NCBI GenBank assembly: GCA_964016885.1
Contig: CAXHJY010000067.1
Span: 1 to 54,759, forward strand
Source: Eledone cirrhosa
Taxonomy: Eukaryota
Direction of reading: 5' to 3'
Length of the DNA: 54,759 nt
Both the position numbers and the translations under genes were made by a program. This document shows positions 1-13,791 of the stretch, piece after piece (positions within the stretch are counted from its first letter, which is position 1; each line of letters begins with the position of its first letter). Under the pieces are notes generated by a model. That model made no database searches. It was not told the origin of the DNA and saw nothing but the letters and a program-made list of their open reading frames with translations.

Positions 1-21
1 GAAACCTGGTTATGATCGACG

Positions 22-531
22 TTGTGTAGTAATGGCGGTGTGGTGTGGTGGTGGTGGTGTGGTGGTGTGGTGTGGTGTGGTGTGGTGTGGTGGTGTGGTG
101 TGGTGTGGTGTGGTGTGGAGTGGTGGTGTGGTGGTGGTGTGGTGGCGGTGTGGTGGCGGTGTGGTGGCGGTGTGGTGTGGTATGGTGAAGGTGCGGTGTG
201 GTGGTGTGGTGTAGTGTGGTTATGGTGGAGGTGGTGTGGTGGCGTGGTGTGGTGGCGGTGTGGTGTGGTGTGGTTATGGGGGAGGTGGTGTGGTGGTGTG
301 GTGTGGTGTGGTTATGGTGGTGGTGATGTGATGTGGTGTGGTGGTGTGATGTGGTGTGGTGTGGTTATGGTGGAGGTGATGTGGTGATGTGGTGTGGTTA
401 TGGTGGTGGTGATGTGGTGTGGTGATGTGGTGTGGTGCGGTGTGGTGTGGCGTGTTTAAGGTGGAGCTGTTGTGGTGGTGTGGTGTGGATGTAGTGTGCT
501 GTGGTGTGATGGATGTGTGGTGTAGTGTGGT
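22..531. repeat. (GTG)n/(GTGTG)n low-complexity tract
   Basis: Degenerate GTG/GTGTG reiteration visible directly; explains the W/C/G/V-rich ORFs. Confidence 0.9.
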
Positions 532-545
532 GACATGTAATATGG

Positions 546-785
546 AGTTCGATCCTTGTCGTGAGTTTTTTTTTCTATGGGATGTAAAATAAAAAGTGAA
601 AAAGGTTATATGTACCTCGCCCATGATTGAACCCAAGACCGGGGTCTCCACCGTCTCTAGTTCCTACCGCTAGGCCACAGAGACAACTACGAACATCTAC
701 TGAAAATTCATATTTATAAACCTACTTTCAAAATTTTCAAAACAAAATGATGTGGTGTCATTCATGCCTTTCTTAATGTTATTGT
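546..785. mobile_element. Partial copy of palindromic tRNA-box element (family A)
   Basis: Similar to 3901-4164 (gattgaacccaagaccggg.tctccaccgtctc.agttcctaccgctaggccacagagac...ataaacctacttt...tgtggtgtc.ttcatgcctt); keeps the B-box remnant of the left arm and the whole right arm. Confidence 0.8.
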
Positions 786-795
786 TAAGTCATGT

Positions 796-916
<121 letters not shown>

Positions 917-995
917 ACAGCAAACTCTATTAAGAGTATTGCAATGGCTTGTCAGATTACAGAGTTCGTTGTATATGTATATATATATATATATT

Positions 996-1092
<97 letters not shown>

Positions 1093-1157
1093 CCGTAAAC
1101 TCTTGGTAGATTTATCTACATAATTTGCTCCTATATATATATATATATTATATATAT

Positions 1158-1232
<75 letters not shown>

Positions 1233-1233
1233 C

Positions 1234-1302
<69 letters not shown>

Positions 1303-1389
1303 GGGTTCATGATGATTTCCCCACCTCACGAGTAGCCTTTTTCCGACCACTGCTAAACATTTGAGCAAGACGCCACAAATATGACGATT

Positions 1390-1434
1390 GTGATTCTGAT
1401 GATGGTTTGTGAAAGACACGAAACGTTAATACAG
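1390..1434 (+). ncRNA. Degenerate minimal type I hammerhead ribozyme motif (PLE-type)
   Basis: attCTGATGA-tggtttgtgaaagacac-GAAACGTT-aat: both core boxes intact, palindromic ACGT stem III, 3-bp stem I; stem II pairs poorly. Confidence 0.45.
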
Positions 1435-1542
1435 GCACGGACATAGCTACTAGGAAGGGAATGTGAAAATTCTTTAATGAAAGTTCTCAAAATGGATCAC
1501 AGTCGTGTATTTAATATAAAATATTTGAAAGAAATGTTATAC

Positions 1543-1641
<99 letters not shown>

Positions 1642-1672
1642 ATATATCTATATCTATATATCTATATATATA

Positions 1673-1777
<105 letters not shown>

Positions 1778-1787
1778 ATATATCTAT

Positions 1788-1814
<27 letters not shown>

Positions 1815-1820
<6 letters not shown>

Positions 1821-1902
1821 AGTTCTATTTAAATTGTTGGGATACAACAAGCAAATATCTTTATAACTGATATAAAGCACTCAACAAACATTTGTTAATA
1901 TC

Positions 1903-1905
<3 letters not shown>
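1815..1905. mobile_element. Internally deleted copy of palindromic family B
   Basis: 1815-1893 nearly identical to the start of the left arm at 21748; followed by tgttaatatcgta, which matches the right arm; (TA)n on both sides. Confidence 0.8.
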
Positions 1906-1981
<76 letters not shown>

Positions 1982-2047
1982 TCATACATATATGTACACA
2001 TACATATATATATATAAAGCACACATATATATATATATATGTTTATT

Positions 2048-2087
<40 letters not shown>

Positions 2088-2165
2088 TTATATATATATA
2101 TATATATATGTGCTTTATATATATATATATATATATATATTATGCATATGCATAGAGAGAAAAAG

Positions 2166-2237
<72 letters not shown>

Positions 2238-2488
2238 AGAGAGATAGAGAGTGTCAGTATTTAAGTCAGACGTATAAGTATATCCGGTGTGGTTTGTACT
2301 GCCAACAAATGGGATTAACTGTGCCAATCAAATTGCACAGTCGAAGACAGATGAGGATTTTTCGTTGAAAGACAAATAAGATACACGCATTAACACATAC
2401 AGTAAAACGTGCACACATACACACATACAAATATTCATAGATTTATACACACATATGCACATGCACTCAGGCACTTATAAATGCACAA

Positions 2489-2551
<63 letters not shown>

Positions 2552-2614
2552 CATATATATATACATATATATACACACACATGTATATATACCTATATAT
2601 ATAGACATAGATAC

Positions 2615-2653
<39 letters not shown>

Positions 2654-2663
2654 TACATACACA

Positions 2664-2711
<48 letters not shown>

Positions 2712-2777
2712 GTGAGTTTGTGTATACATTTTAAAGTATAACTTTCTAAATCACAAATTTTACATGTTTGACTTACT

Positions 2778-2855
<78 letters not shown>

Positions 2856-3020
2856 ATATATATAGTAGGTTCTTTCACGATTACCGCAGACGACGAAGTG
2901 ATATCCTGTCTACCAAATTTCATTTTTATATAAATGAACTATTTCACTTTAATATTTTCCCTTAAGAATTTTAATCGATATAAATATCTACACACACACA
3001 CACACACACGCACACATACA

Positions 3021-3104
<84 letters not shown>

Positions 3105-3236
3105 CATGTGTGTGTGTGTGTATGGAGCGACTTTTACACTGTTTACTTTCCTGACATCTGTACATTATCTTACATATTATACATGCACCTTTGATGAGTT
3201 GCAGTGCACCTGAGCACTGTACACAATCATTTGTAT

Positions 3237-3277
3237 TATCTATCTATCTATCCATCTATCTGTCTGTCTATCTATCA

Positions 3278-3370
<93 letters not shown>
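3237..3370 (-). repeat. (TAGA)n tail of the adjacent RTE-type LINE
   Basis: (TATC)n run on + that abuts and includes the LINE stop codon at 3368-3370. Confidence 0.8.
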
Positions 3371-3619
3371 GGGCAGGTAAAATTCCCGAGATCCATGGAC
3401 GAGTTCTCTCCAGCGGTCTCTGTCCCTCAGCATCGCTGCCATGTCCTGCTTCTCCCAGAGACCAGTATCTGTCCTTAGGGCATCAGCATATCTCAACCCC
3501 GGTCTTGCTCTTCTTGTGTGTCCATGCAGGGGTCCCCACAGGAGCACAGACTGTAATATCAACTCTGGATGTCGGTGAGCATGTCCAGCTAACCTCAGTC
3601 TCTTCTGTGTTACTTTCGA
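3368..3619 (-). mobile_element. RTE/RTE-X-like LINE, 5'-truncated 3' end of the RT ORF
   Basis: Translates SKVTQKRLRLAGHAHRHPELILQSVLLWGPLHGHTRRARPGLRYADAL...DRDRWRELV..*; the RLRxAGH...W.P.HG..R.GRP...Y.D.L...DR..W pattern is typical of RTE-group C-termini; paralogue at 37281-37539. Confidence 0.85.
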
Positions 3620-3747
3620 CCTGACTTATAGATTATTTGTTTGTTAAATAATCAAATTGAATTAATTTAGCAGTTAAAGATACATGAATAATAGGGTTGT
3701 TACCAAAGGGTCAGAAGATTGACCACAAGTCGACCGTAAATATTACT

Positions 3748-4164
3748 AATAGCTCTAGGAAAGTCATGAACGACACCACACCACATCATTTTAATTTTGA
3801 TTTTGAAAGTAGGTTTATAATTATCAATTTTCCTAATAATTTTGTAGCAGTCTCGGTGGCCTAGTTGGAAGAGTCACGGATGGTGGTGATCCACGTCTGA
3901 AGTTCGATCCTGGTCGGGGGTCGGGTTCTCGGTAAACCTTTTCAGTTTTTTTCTATTGGTTGCAAAATAAAAACTGAAGAAGGTTACATGTACCTCTTAA
4001 CCAGGATTGAACCCAAGACCGGGATCTCCACCGTCTCCAGTTCCTACCGCTAGGCCACAGAGACTGCTACTAAAATCTTATGAAAATTCAGACTTATAAA
4101 CCTACTTTAAAAAATTTCACTACAAAGTGTTGTGGTGTCGTTCATGCCTTAGTTAATGTTATTG
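3748..4164. mobile_element. Palindromic MITE-like element (family A) with two convergent tRNA-like units
   Basis: catgaacgacaccaca (3765-3780) and tgtggtgtcgttcatg (4131-4146) are a perfect inverted pair; further paired blocks aaagtaggtttataa/ttataaacctacttt and gtagcagtctc/gagactgctac; A- and B-box in each arm. Confidence 0.8.
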
Positions 4165-4322
4165 CTCCTACTTAATGTCGACTTCTAAATCATTTGGGTG
4201 TTCCATAAACTACATCCTCCTTTTGTTTCACATCTATCTAGACTAGATTTTAACCTGTAATCCATGTTTCATTTCTGTTGTATCTCATTTCTCTCTCTCT
4301 CTCACCCACTGTCTCTCTCTCT

Positions 4323-4375
<53 letters not shown>

Positions 4376-4387
4376 GTAAATGGCTTT

Positions 4388-4752
4388 TACAGGACTAGAA
4401 CTGTTTCATTCTTTAGAATGATGATTTCTAAATAATTGTTTCTACGTTTGGCACAAGGCCAGAAATTACCCAGTGTATTACTGGTACTTTATTTTATCGA
4501 CCCCGTAAGGATGAAAGGCAAAGTTAACCTCGGCGGATTTGAACTCAGAATGGCAAGGGCCGTAACTCTATGCGTCAAAGCATGGCGTCCGACCCTCTAC
4601 CGATACTGCCAATCCACCGCCCTGATGATTTCTAAATAATGAAACAGTTCTAGTCCTGTAGAATCTCATCTATATTAAAACTTTTATACTCTGCAATGTA
4701 TTGAGTACCTTACTTACTGTGGTTACCTCCGATTCAACCCGGAATAACGTAC
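4388..4752. mobile_element. PLE-type inverted terminal junction interrupted by a SINE
   Basis: tacaggactagaactgtttcatt (4388-4410) is the exact reverse complement of aatgaaacagttctagtcctgta (4638-4660); the + arm continues to gtattgagtac (4698); related sequence at 36591-36660. Confidence 0.6.
4437..4622 (-). mobile_element. Full-length tRNA-derived SINE with 18-bp TSD
   Basis: Minus strand: ggcggtggat-TGGCAGTATCGG (A box)...GAGTTCAAATCC (B box)...tttgcctttcatcc...ggccttgtgccaaa.gtagaaaca; TSD tgatgatttctaaataat at 4419-4436 and 4623-4640. Resembles octopus SINEs from memory. Confidence 0.92.
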
Positions 4753-4898
<146 letters not shown>

Positions 4899-4974
4899 TA
4901 TACATATATATACATACATATAGAGATGTATATATATATATATATCTTTGTATATATATATATATATCTATCTT

Positions 4975-5007
<33 letters not shown>

Positions 5008-5059
5008 ACATATCTATACATACATATACAGATATATATATATCTTTATATCTATCTAT

Positions 5060-5128
<69 letters not shown>

Positions 5129-5404
5129 TATATAAATTTATATATACATACATATATATATACATACATATATATACAGACATATACAGACATATATATA
5201 TATATATACAGATAAATACGTAAGTGGAAAGCCTGTATATCTGATTCGTCATATTTCATGGACAAAGAACGACAAAACAGCCTGGTAGATATTTACATAT
5301 CACAGAACTATGTCTTGTATAGGATTAGTGTCAGTTATATATATTAGATATATATAGATGCGTCTCTCTCGCTCTCTCTATGTATGTATATGTATGTATG
5401 TGTG

Positions 5405-5447
<43 letters not shown>

Positions 5448-5486
5448 GTCTCTCTCGCTCTATGTATGTATGTATGTATATATATG

Positions 5487-5526
<40 letters not shown>

Positions 5527-5528
5527 CT

Positions 5529-5564
<36 letters not shown>

Positions 5565-5695
5565 TATACATACAATGTATACATATATATATATATATAT
5601 ATATACATAGTATACATATACTTACATGTATGTATATATATACACTTACATGCACATATATACAGACAAGTATATATATACATATATATGTATAA

Positions 5696-5749
<54 letters not shown>

Positions 5750-5779
5750 AGAATATATATACACATACACACAAACACA

Positions 5780-5828
<49 letters not shown>

Positions 5829-6114
5829 GTATTATGTATGTATATAAGTATATATTATATACTATATATACATACATAACTATATATATTATACATAAGT
5901 CCCAAATGTCAAGAGTACAACTAACAACAACAATAACAACAACAACAACAACAACAACAACATCACAGTCAATTACAGAATAATAAAAAAATCTAAGGAA
6001 ACACAATTCAAGATGTCGGACATGTCACAAACGAATAAAATAAATTGGCGGACATTTTCTTTTTTCGTTTTTCTTTAGCTATATTCTTATATTCCTGTAT
6101 TTTTGATTGTACTG

Positions 6115-6196
<82 letters not shown>

Positions 6197-6221
6197 ATGT
6201 GTGTCTGTGTGTGTATAAATG

Positions 6222-6252
<31 letters not shown>

Positions 6253-6253
6253 T

Positions 6254-6288
<35 letters not shown>

Positions 6289-6360
6289 GTGTGTGTGTAT
6301 ATGTATGCATGTGTGCATATATTTATATATGTATGTGTATATATACTATATATATATGTG

Positions 6361-6399
<39 letters not shown>

Positions 6400-6431
6400 G
6401 TAGATATGTATATATATATATACATACATAC

Positions 6432-6467
<36 letters not shown>

Positions 6468-6578
6468 ATATATATATATACATACATGTGTATATATATA
6501 TGTATATATATATATGTATATATGTATATATATACATACATACATGTGTATATATATATGTATATATATATATATGTA

Positions 6579-6659
<81 letters not shown>

Positions 6660-6669
6660 GTATATATAT

Positions 6670-7173
6670 CGTGTTAGCCAGGAAGGTTAGGCAGTTTTTT
6701 ATCTGTCTGGTGGCCATGACGGAAGGGGTCATGTGGTGCAGCGTTTGAAAGGGCTAAAGACGAGCATTTACCCCTTCGGTGATGCCCCTGATTAACTTTT
6801 TCAAATGAAACTTGAAAAGGAAAATCAGGGTGGAGAGGAAAGTGCTGTCTTCCCAGCCATTTTGTGAAAGCTGGGTGGGAGAGGCAAGCATGGTCCGAGT
6901 GAATGGGCCCTATCTGAGTATGCGCCTGTAAATTGACGGTGGAAAACTGGGAGAGGGCACTTGCCCTGATGGTCAAGGTCACCGTGGCTTGTTTAATGGG
7001 CTTTCTCCACGATTGTCCTTCGAAAGTTTTCCTTTGTTTCTTTTTTTTTGTCATTTCCTTTGGCGTTTATTTTCTTTACACGCAGAAATGTCCATTTGTA
7101 CCGTCTTGTACTGTCCTTAATGTTATACGCTATGTCAACCCTTGTGGTTAATAAAGAAAACATTATTATTATT
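6670..7173 (+). mobile_element. L1/Tx1-like LINE 3' fragment: decayed ORF2 C-terminus, 3'UTR, polyA signal
   Basis: Frameshifted peptide [64 protein letters not shown], then a T-rich UTR, AATAAA at 7150 and an (ATT)n tail. Clade assignment is by recalled similarity. Confidence 0.6.
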
Positions 7174-7836
7174 TATCGGTAGAGTGTCGGACGCCATGCT
7201 TTCCAGCATAGAGTTACGTCCCTTTACGGTCTGAGTTCAAATCCCGCCGAGGTTAACTTTGCCTTTCATCCTTACGGGGTCGATAAAATAAAGTACCAGT
7301 AATACACTGGAGTAATTGCTGGCCTTGTGCCCCCAAAAGTGGAAACAATTATTACGGGGTCGATAAAATAAAGTACCAGTAATACACTGGGGTAATTGCT
7401 GGCCTTGTGCCCCCAAAAGTGGAAACAATTATTACGAGGGTCGATCAAATAAAGTACCAGTAATACACTGGGGTAATTGCTGGTCTTGTGCCCCCAAAAG
7501 TGGAAACAATTATTACGGGGGTCAGTAAAATAAAGTACCAGTAATACACTGGGGTAATTGCTGGTCTTGTGCCCCCAAAAGTGGAAACAATTATTACAGG
7601 GGTCAGTAAAATAAAGTACCAGTAATACACTGGGGGTAATTGCTGGTCTTGTGCCCCCAAAAGTGGAAACAATTATTACGGGGGTCAGTAAAATAAAGTA
7701 CCAGTAATACACTGGGGTAATTGCTGGCCTTGTGCCCCAAAAGTGGAAACAATTATTACGGGGGTTGATGAAATAAAGTACCAGTAATACACTGGGTAAT
7801 TGCTGGCCTTGTGCCAAAAATAGAAATAATTATTAT
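7174..7836 (+). mobile_element. SINE, slightly 5'-truncated, with its ~80-bp 3' segment repeated 7 times
   Basis: B box gagttcaaatcc near 7233; units ttacggggtc..taaaataaagtaccagtaatacactggggtaattgctgg.cttgtgcccccaaaagtggaaacaatta start at about 7272, 7352, 7432, 7513, 7594, 7676, 7756. Confidence 0.92.
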
Positions 7837-8007
7837 TGGCTTTATTGGTGCTGTTGTTACAATATCTATTTTGGGGGAAATAATTTTATTTTGTCTGCTC
7901 AGGGTCTGTCTTTCTCTCGGAAGTTCTGTGGCGGAGCGGGGTGGCGTATGATGTGTATTGGGGTGGAGTAGGGTGTTGTGGCACCGCGGAGACGTGGTGG
8001 GGTGGCT

Positions 8008-8038
<31 letters not shown>

Positions 8039-8415
8039 CTGCGACTCAGGATCGTCACTGACAATAAATGGAAACGTGGCCGGGGTGCAAGTGGCGGTGG
8101 GGTGGGTGGGAGGTGAAGCGTGTGGGTGCGGTGGGGGGGCATGGCGGTTGGTAGGAGTGGGTGTGGTGGGATGGAGTCCTTCGGTTGGAGGTTGGTGGTG
8201 GTGTGGTGTGGTGGTGGTCGAGACGGTGGTGGTGGTGGTAGTAGTGTAGTAATGGTGGTGGTGTGGTGGTGGAGGTGGTGTGGTGGTGGAGGTGGTGGTG
8301 GTTTAGTTTAAATTTAGAACTGAACGAAACCAAAGAGTTTCGTTATATATATATACATACAAAATTCTACACAAATATGTATGTATATATATTTATATGT
8401 GTATGTATATGTTTA

Positions 8416-8485
<70 letters not shown>

Positions 8486-8501
8486 TATATATATATCTAT
8501 A

Positions 8502-8618
<117 letters not shown>

Positions 8619-8800
8619 GGGAAGTAAAAGGTTCTATGTAAACAAAAACTTTCAAATAATGTTGATATTGTTGTTGTTATTGTTGGAGATGTTTTGATTG
8701 ATTGATGGAAGACGTTTGACACCTTGCACTCGCATTCCAGGTAGTTCCATATATAGATAGACATATAGATGGATGGATATATATATATATATATATACAG

Positions 8801-8911
<111 letters not shown>

Positions 8912-8916
8912 ATATG

Positions 8917-9094
8917 TAACGTGGTAAGGAAATGTGGTAAGGAACCAGGTGGACCATAACGCACCAAAGTACTCAATACTTGAGGTAGTAGAGTGGGTAA
9001 TAGGAACCAGTAAGGCCACGACGGCTGAGCTCAAGCCGTTTTTTAGCCGTCGAAACGGCTTGAGCTCAGCCGTCGGGGTCCTACTGGTTCCTAT
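8917..9094. mobile_element. PLE-type asymmetric inverted junction (family C) with hammerhead 3' halves
   Basis: Hairpin 9000-9094 (ataggaaccagta...gacggctgagctcaagccgttt / aaacggcttgagctcagccgtc...tactggttcctat); the minus arm extends to gtattgagtac; related fragments at about 28305-28342 and 43567-43620. Confidence 0.6.
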
Positions 9095-9097
9095 ATA

Positions 9098-9128
<31 letters not shown>

Positions 9129-9132
9129 TAAC

Positions 9133-9219
9133 TCTTCTTCTTCTTCTTCTTCTTCTTCTTCTTCTTCTTCTCCTTCTCCTTCTTCTTCTTCTTCTTCTTC
9201 TTCTTCTTCTTCTTCTTCT
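9133..9219. repeat. (CTT)n microsatellite
   Basis: Direct inspection. Confidence 0.95.
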
Positions 9220-9573
9220 ATATGGTTGTAGTTGTTGTTGTTGTTGTTGTTGTCGCTGGTGTTGTTTACTGCATGATGGTGATGGTGATGCTGATGTGGT
9301 CTTGTATGTGATAACAGGAAGTTATGTGAATGTTTACCGGAAGTGTTAATGGATGGAGATATGTGTTAATGGCGGACGTTTTATTAAATGACACTTCATT
9401 TATAGGGTCCTTAATTTATACATGCGCCCGCACACACACACACACATTACACACACACACAGACAGACACATACACACATATACACACACACATACTCAT
9501 ACACGCACTGGCACAAGCATAACCTCAGATACACAATAAATCAAATATATATATATATATACATATGTATATA

Positions 9574-9652
<79 letters not shown>

Positions 9653-10053
9653 AGATATATATGTATATATATATATATATTATGAATATATATATACACA
9701 CACATATATATATATGTATATATATATATGTATATATATATATAATATATACATGCACACTTACTAATATGCGTCCCTATATACACATACACTCATACAG
9801 AAAACACTAACTTATACACACACATACATACACCCACAGAGAGATATATATATCTCACACACACACACTACTCTCCTATTATCATAAAAGTTAATAAAAA
9901 AAAACCTTCATGTTTTTATCCTAAATTGCCGTGTAAGCGGCACTTCCGGTTTCTATTACCGAACTTCCGTTCCCTCCTTTTATCCTCTCCACACAGCGAG
10001 ATGCTGCCAACAACTTTTGCTCCGAATTTTTACCCCCTTTTCTCTCTCTCACC

Positions 10054-10090
<37 letters not shown>

Positions 10091-10196
10091 CTCCTCTCTC
10101 TCTCTCCTCACTCTCTCTCTCTCTCTCTTCCACTCTTACTACCTCTCTTTATTACTGCCCCCTTCCTCGCCCTCGCATTCTCTGTATCTTAAGTCC

Positions 10197-10237
<41 letters not shown>

Positions 10238-10360
10238 CTCTCTCTCCACTCTCCCCCCTCCCTCTTTCCCTCCTCTCCCCCCTACTAATATAATATTTGA
10301 TATCAGGAAAATAATTATATGGCAAGGCATGAAAGCCTTTCCCTCTCATACAATATATAT

Positions 10361-10562
10361 TGCTTCTACTTTAGGCAAAAGGCCAGCAATTACCTCACTG
10401 TATTACTGGTACTTTATTTTAATGACCCCGTAATAATTGCTTCTACTTTTGGCACAAGGCCAGCAATTAACCCAGTGGTAATTATTACGTGGGGTCGGTA
10501 AAATAAAGTACCAGTAATACACTGGGGTAATTGCTGGCCTTGTGCCCCCAAAAGTAGAAACA
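10361..10562. mobile_element. Headless SINE 3' units in inverted arrangement
   Basis: About 1.5 minus-strand units (10361-10477) joined to one plus-strand unit (10480-10562) of the same 80-bp tail; no A or B box. Confidence 0.85.
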
Positions 10563-11133
10563 TTATATACTTTACGTTATATTTTGACGTTTGTAGGCAT
10601 TTTTATGGAACGTCAGATATTCGCGGTTTTTCCCTCTTCGCGGGCGTTTAGGAACGTAACCGCCCGCGAATACCTATATATATATATATATATACATATT
10701 ATCTATATATAAACATATAAACAAATATATATATATATATAAACATATATATATATATGTATATATGTGTGTGTTTGTGTTTATGAGATCGTATCTGTGT
10801 ATTTAAGGAGTTTGACCCCTAAATAGTGTCACGTGACCTACATGTATTTATATTTGTTCTTCGTGTCTAGCAACAATTACAGGGGCCAGACGTGTGTTGG
10901 CCCCCTTTTTTTTTTTACTGATTGACACATCAATCATGTATGTGTATATATACATATGTATATATATATATATATATACATAAATTTATATATATATGTG
11001 TATATATATGTATATATATATATATATAAATACATATGTATATATATATGTATATATATGTATGTATATATGTATATATATATATATATTATATATTTAT
11101 ATATATATATGTATATACACACTCACACACACA

Positions 11134-11203
<70 letters not shown>

Positions 11204-11341
11204 ATACTTACATATATATACATATATATATATATACATACACGTTCCTATACACATAAACACACACACACATATATATGTTATATATGCACCCATACAT
11301 ATATACATACACGTTTCTATACACATAAACACACACATACG

Positions 11342-11379
<38 letters not shown>

Positions 11380-11624
11380 CACCCATACATATATACACAC
11401 GTGTATGTATATCAGATTACACTCACGTTACAGTCAATTGCCTGGCTGATCCCCTGCGGTGTATACACATGTCCTCCGGTGTGTTTACATTAAGATTAGT
11501 TGTTATATACACACACACGCACGAGGGCGGGATATGTAAATATACATACACCCTCCTGTTATATACACGCACGCACGCACTTGCTCACTTTCGCATGCAC
11601 GCATGGTGTATATATATATATATG

Positions 11625-11656
<32 letters not shown>

Positions 11657-11739
11657 CATTTATATATATATACATATATATATATATGATATATATATTT
11701 AAATGTATATATGTATATATATATATAAATGTATATATC

Positions 11740-11778
<39 letters not shown>

Positions 11779-11863
11779 ATATAATATACATATATATATA
11801 TATGTATATATATTTAAATGTATATATGTATATATATATATATATAAATGTATATATCTATAT

Positions 11864-11895
<32 letters not shown>

Positions 11896-11988
11896 ATGTA
11901 TATATATATATGTTAATTGTTTTAAAAACCTAAAACCACAAAGACAAACACACACACGTATATATATATATGCATAAATTAAATTATG

Positions 11989-12085
<97 letters not shown>

Positions 12086-12239
12086 CATATATATGTATAT
12101 ATATGTCTACATACATATGTGTGATGTGTATATATATATATATGTATTGTTCATGAAAGATCGTTTTTAAATAATATTTAATGTTGGATCTTATTACAAT
12201 TAGGATAAAATGTATAAAAATGTATATATATATATATTG

Positions 12240-12300
<61 letters not shown>

Positions 12301-12352
12301 CGCGTGTGTGTGTGTTTGTATATCTCTCTCTCTCTCTATATATATATATATC

Positions 12353-12383
<31 letters not shown>

Positions 12384-12471
12384 CCGCACGCTGCGTTCGT
12401 AACAAGCTTCAACATGCAAATATAAGGATATAAAAAATTCCATATGTGTGTGTGTGTGTGTGTGTGTGTGC

Positions 12472-12512
<41 letters not shown>

Positions 12513-12674
12513 TGTGTCTGTGTATTTATGTGTGTCTTTGTTGGTGTGTGTGTGTATATATACACTCTTGTTTATATTGTTAACGATCTGTGACAGACCA
12601 CAAACATTAAATTTCATCACACACATAGTCACACACACATACATGCCTACACACATACACACATATATATATAG

Positions 12675-12714
<40 letters not shown>

Positions 12715-12881
12715 TATGTGTGTATATATATATATGTATGTGTGTGTGTGTGTATATACATATATACACCGTGGTTTGTACATTCACTGGAGCTATGACC
12801 GACAATAAATATAACACTATATCACGAATGTTGACAGATATATATATGTATATATATATATATATTATATATAATATATAT

Positions 12882-12937
<56 letters not shown>

Positions 12938-13258
12938 TTATATATATATATATTATATATATGTATATATAGATAGATAGATAGATATAAATATATATAC
13001 ATATTTCATGCACATATATATACAGCTTCCACCGATAAGCCCATGTACACAGACACACATACACACTCACACATACACAGACACGCACAGACGCACACAC
13101 ATAGACACACACACATATATGTATACATACATATAACACACAACTCTATACGCAGTGATCTATTACAGATCAAACACACCTAAAATCGTAAATATATATA
13201 CATATATATGTGTGTGTGTGTGGTGTTTTATGCGTGTGTATATATTTACATATACATG

Positions 13259-13311
<53 letters not shown>

Positions 13312-13354
13312 CAATAAACACACAGATGTTTATATAAATATATATATATTATAT

Positions 13355-13391
<37 letters not shown>

Positions 13392-13412
13392 TCAATATAC
13401 ACACATATGTTT

Positions 13413-13465
<53 letters not shown>

Positions 13466-13553
13466 TAATATATATATATATATATAATATATATATATAT
13501 ATACATATATACATATATATGTACCTATATATGTACCTATATATGTATATATG

Positions 13554-13608
<55 letters not shown>

Positions 13609-13636
13609 TACATATATATGTACCTATATATGTACC

Positions 13637-13725
<89 letters not shown>

Positions 13726-13726
13726 G

Positions 13727-13791
<65 letters not shown>

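Noticed and set aside
3850-3925. Functional tRNA gene
   Set aside because: Over-long, poorly pairing anticodon region and location inside a repeated palindrome; tRNA-like only.
4622-4652. CTGATGA...GAAAC as an intact hammerhead
   Set aside because: The leading C comes from the SINE end (the empty site reads aaTGATGA) and stems II and III pair poorly; treated only as a relic.
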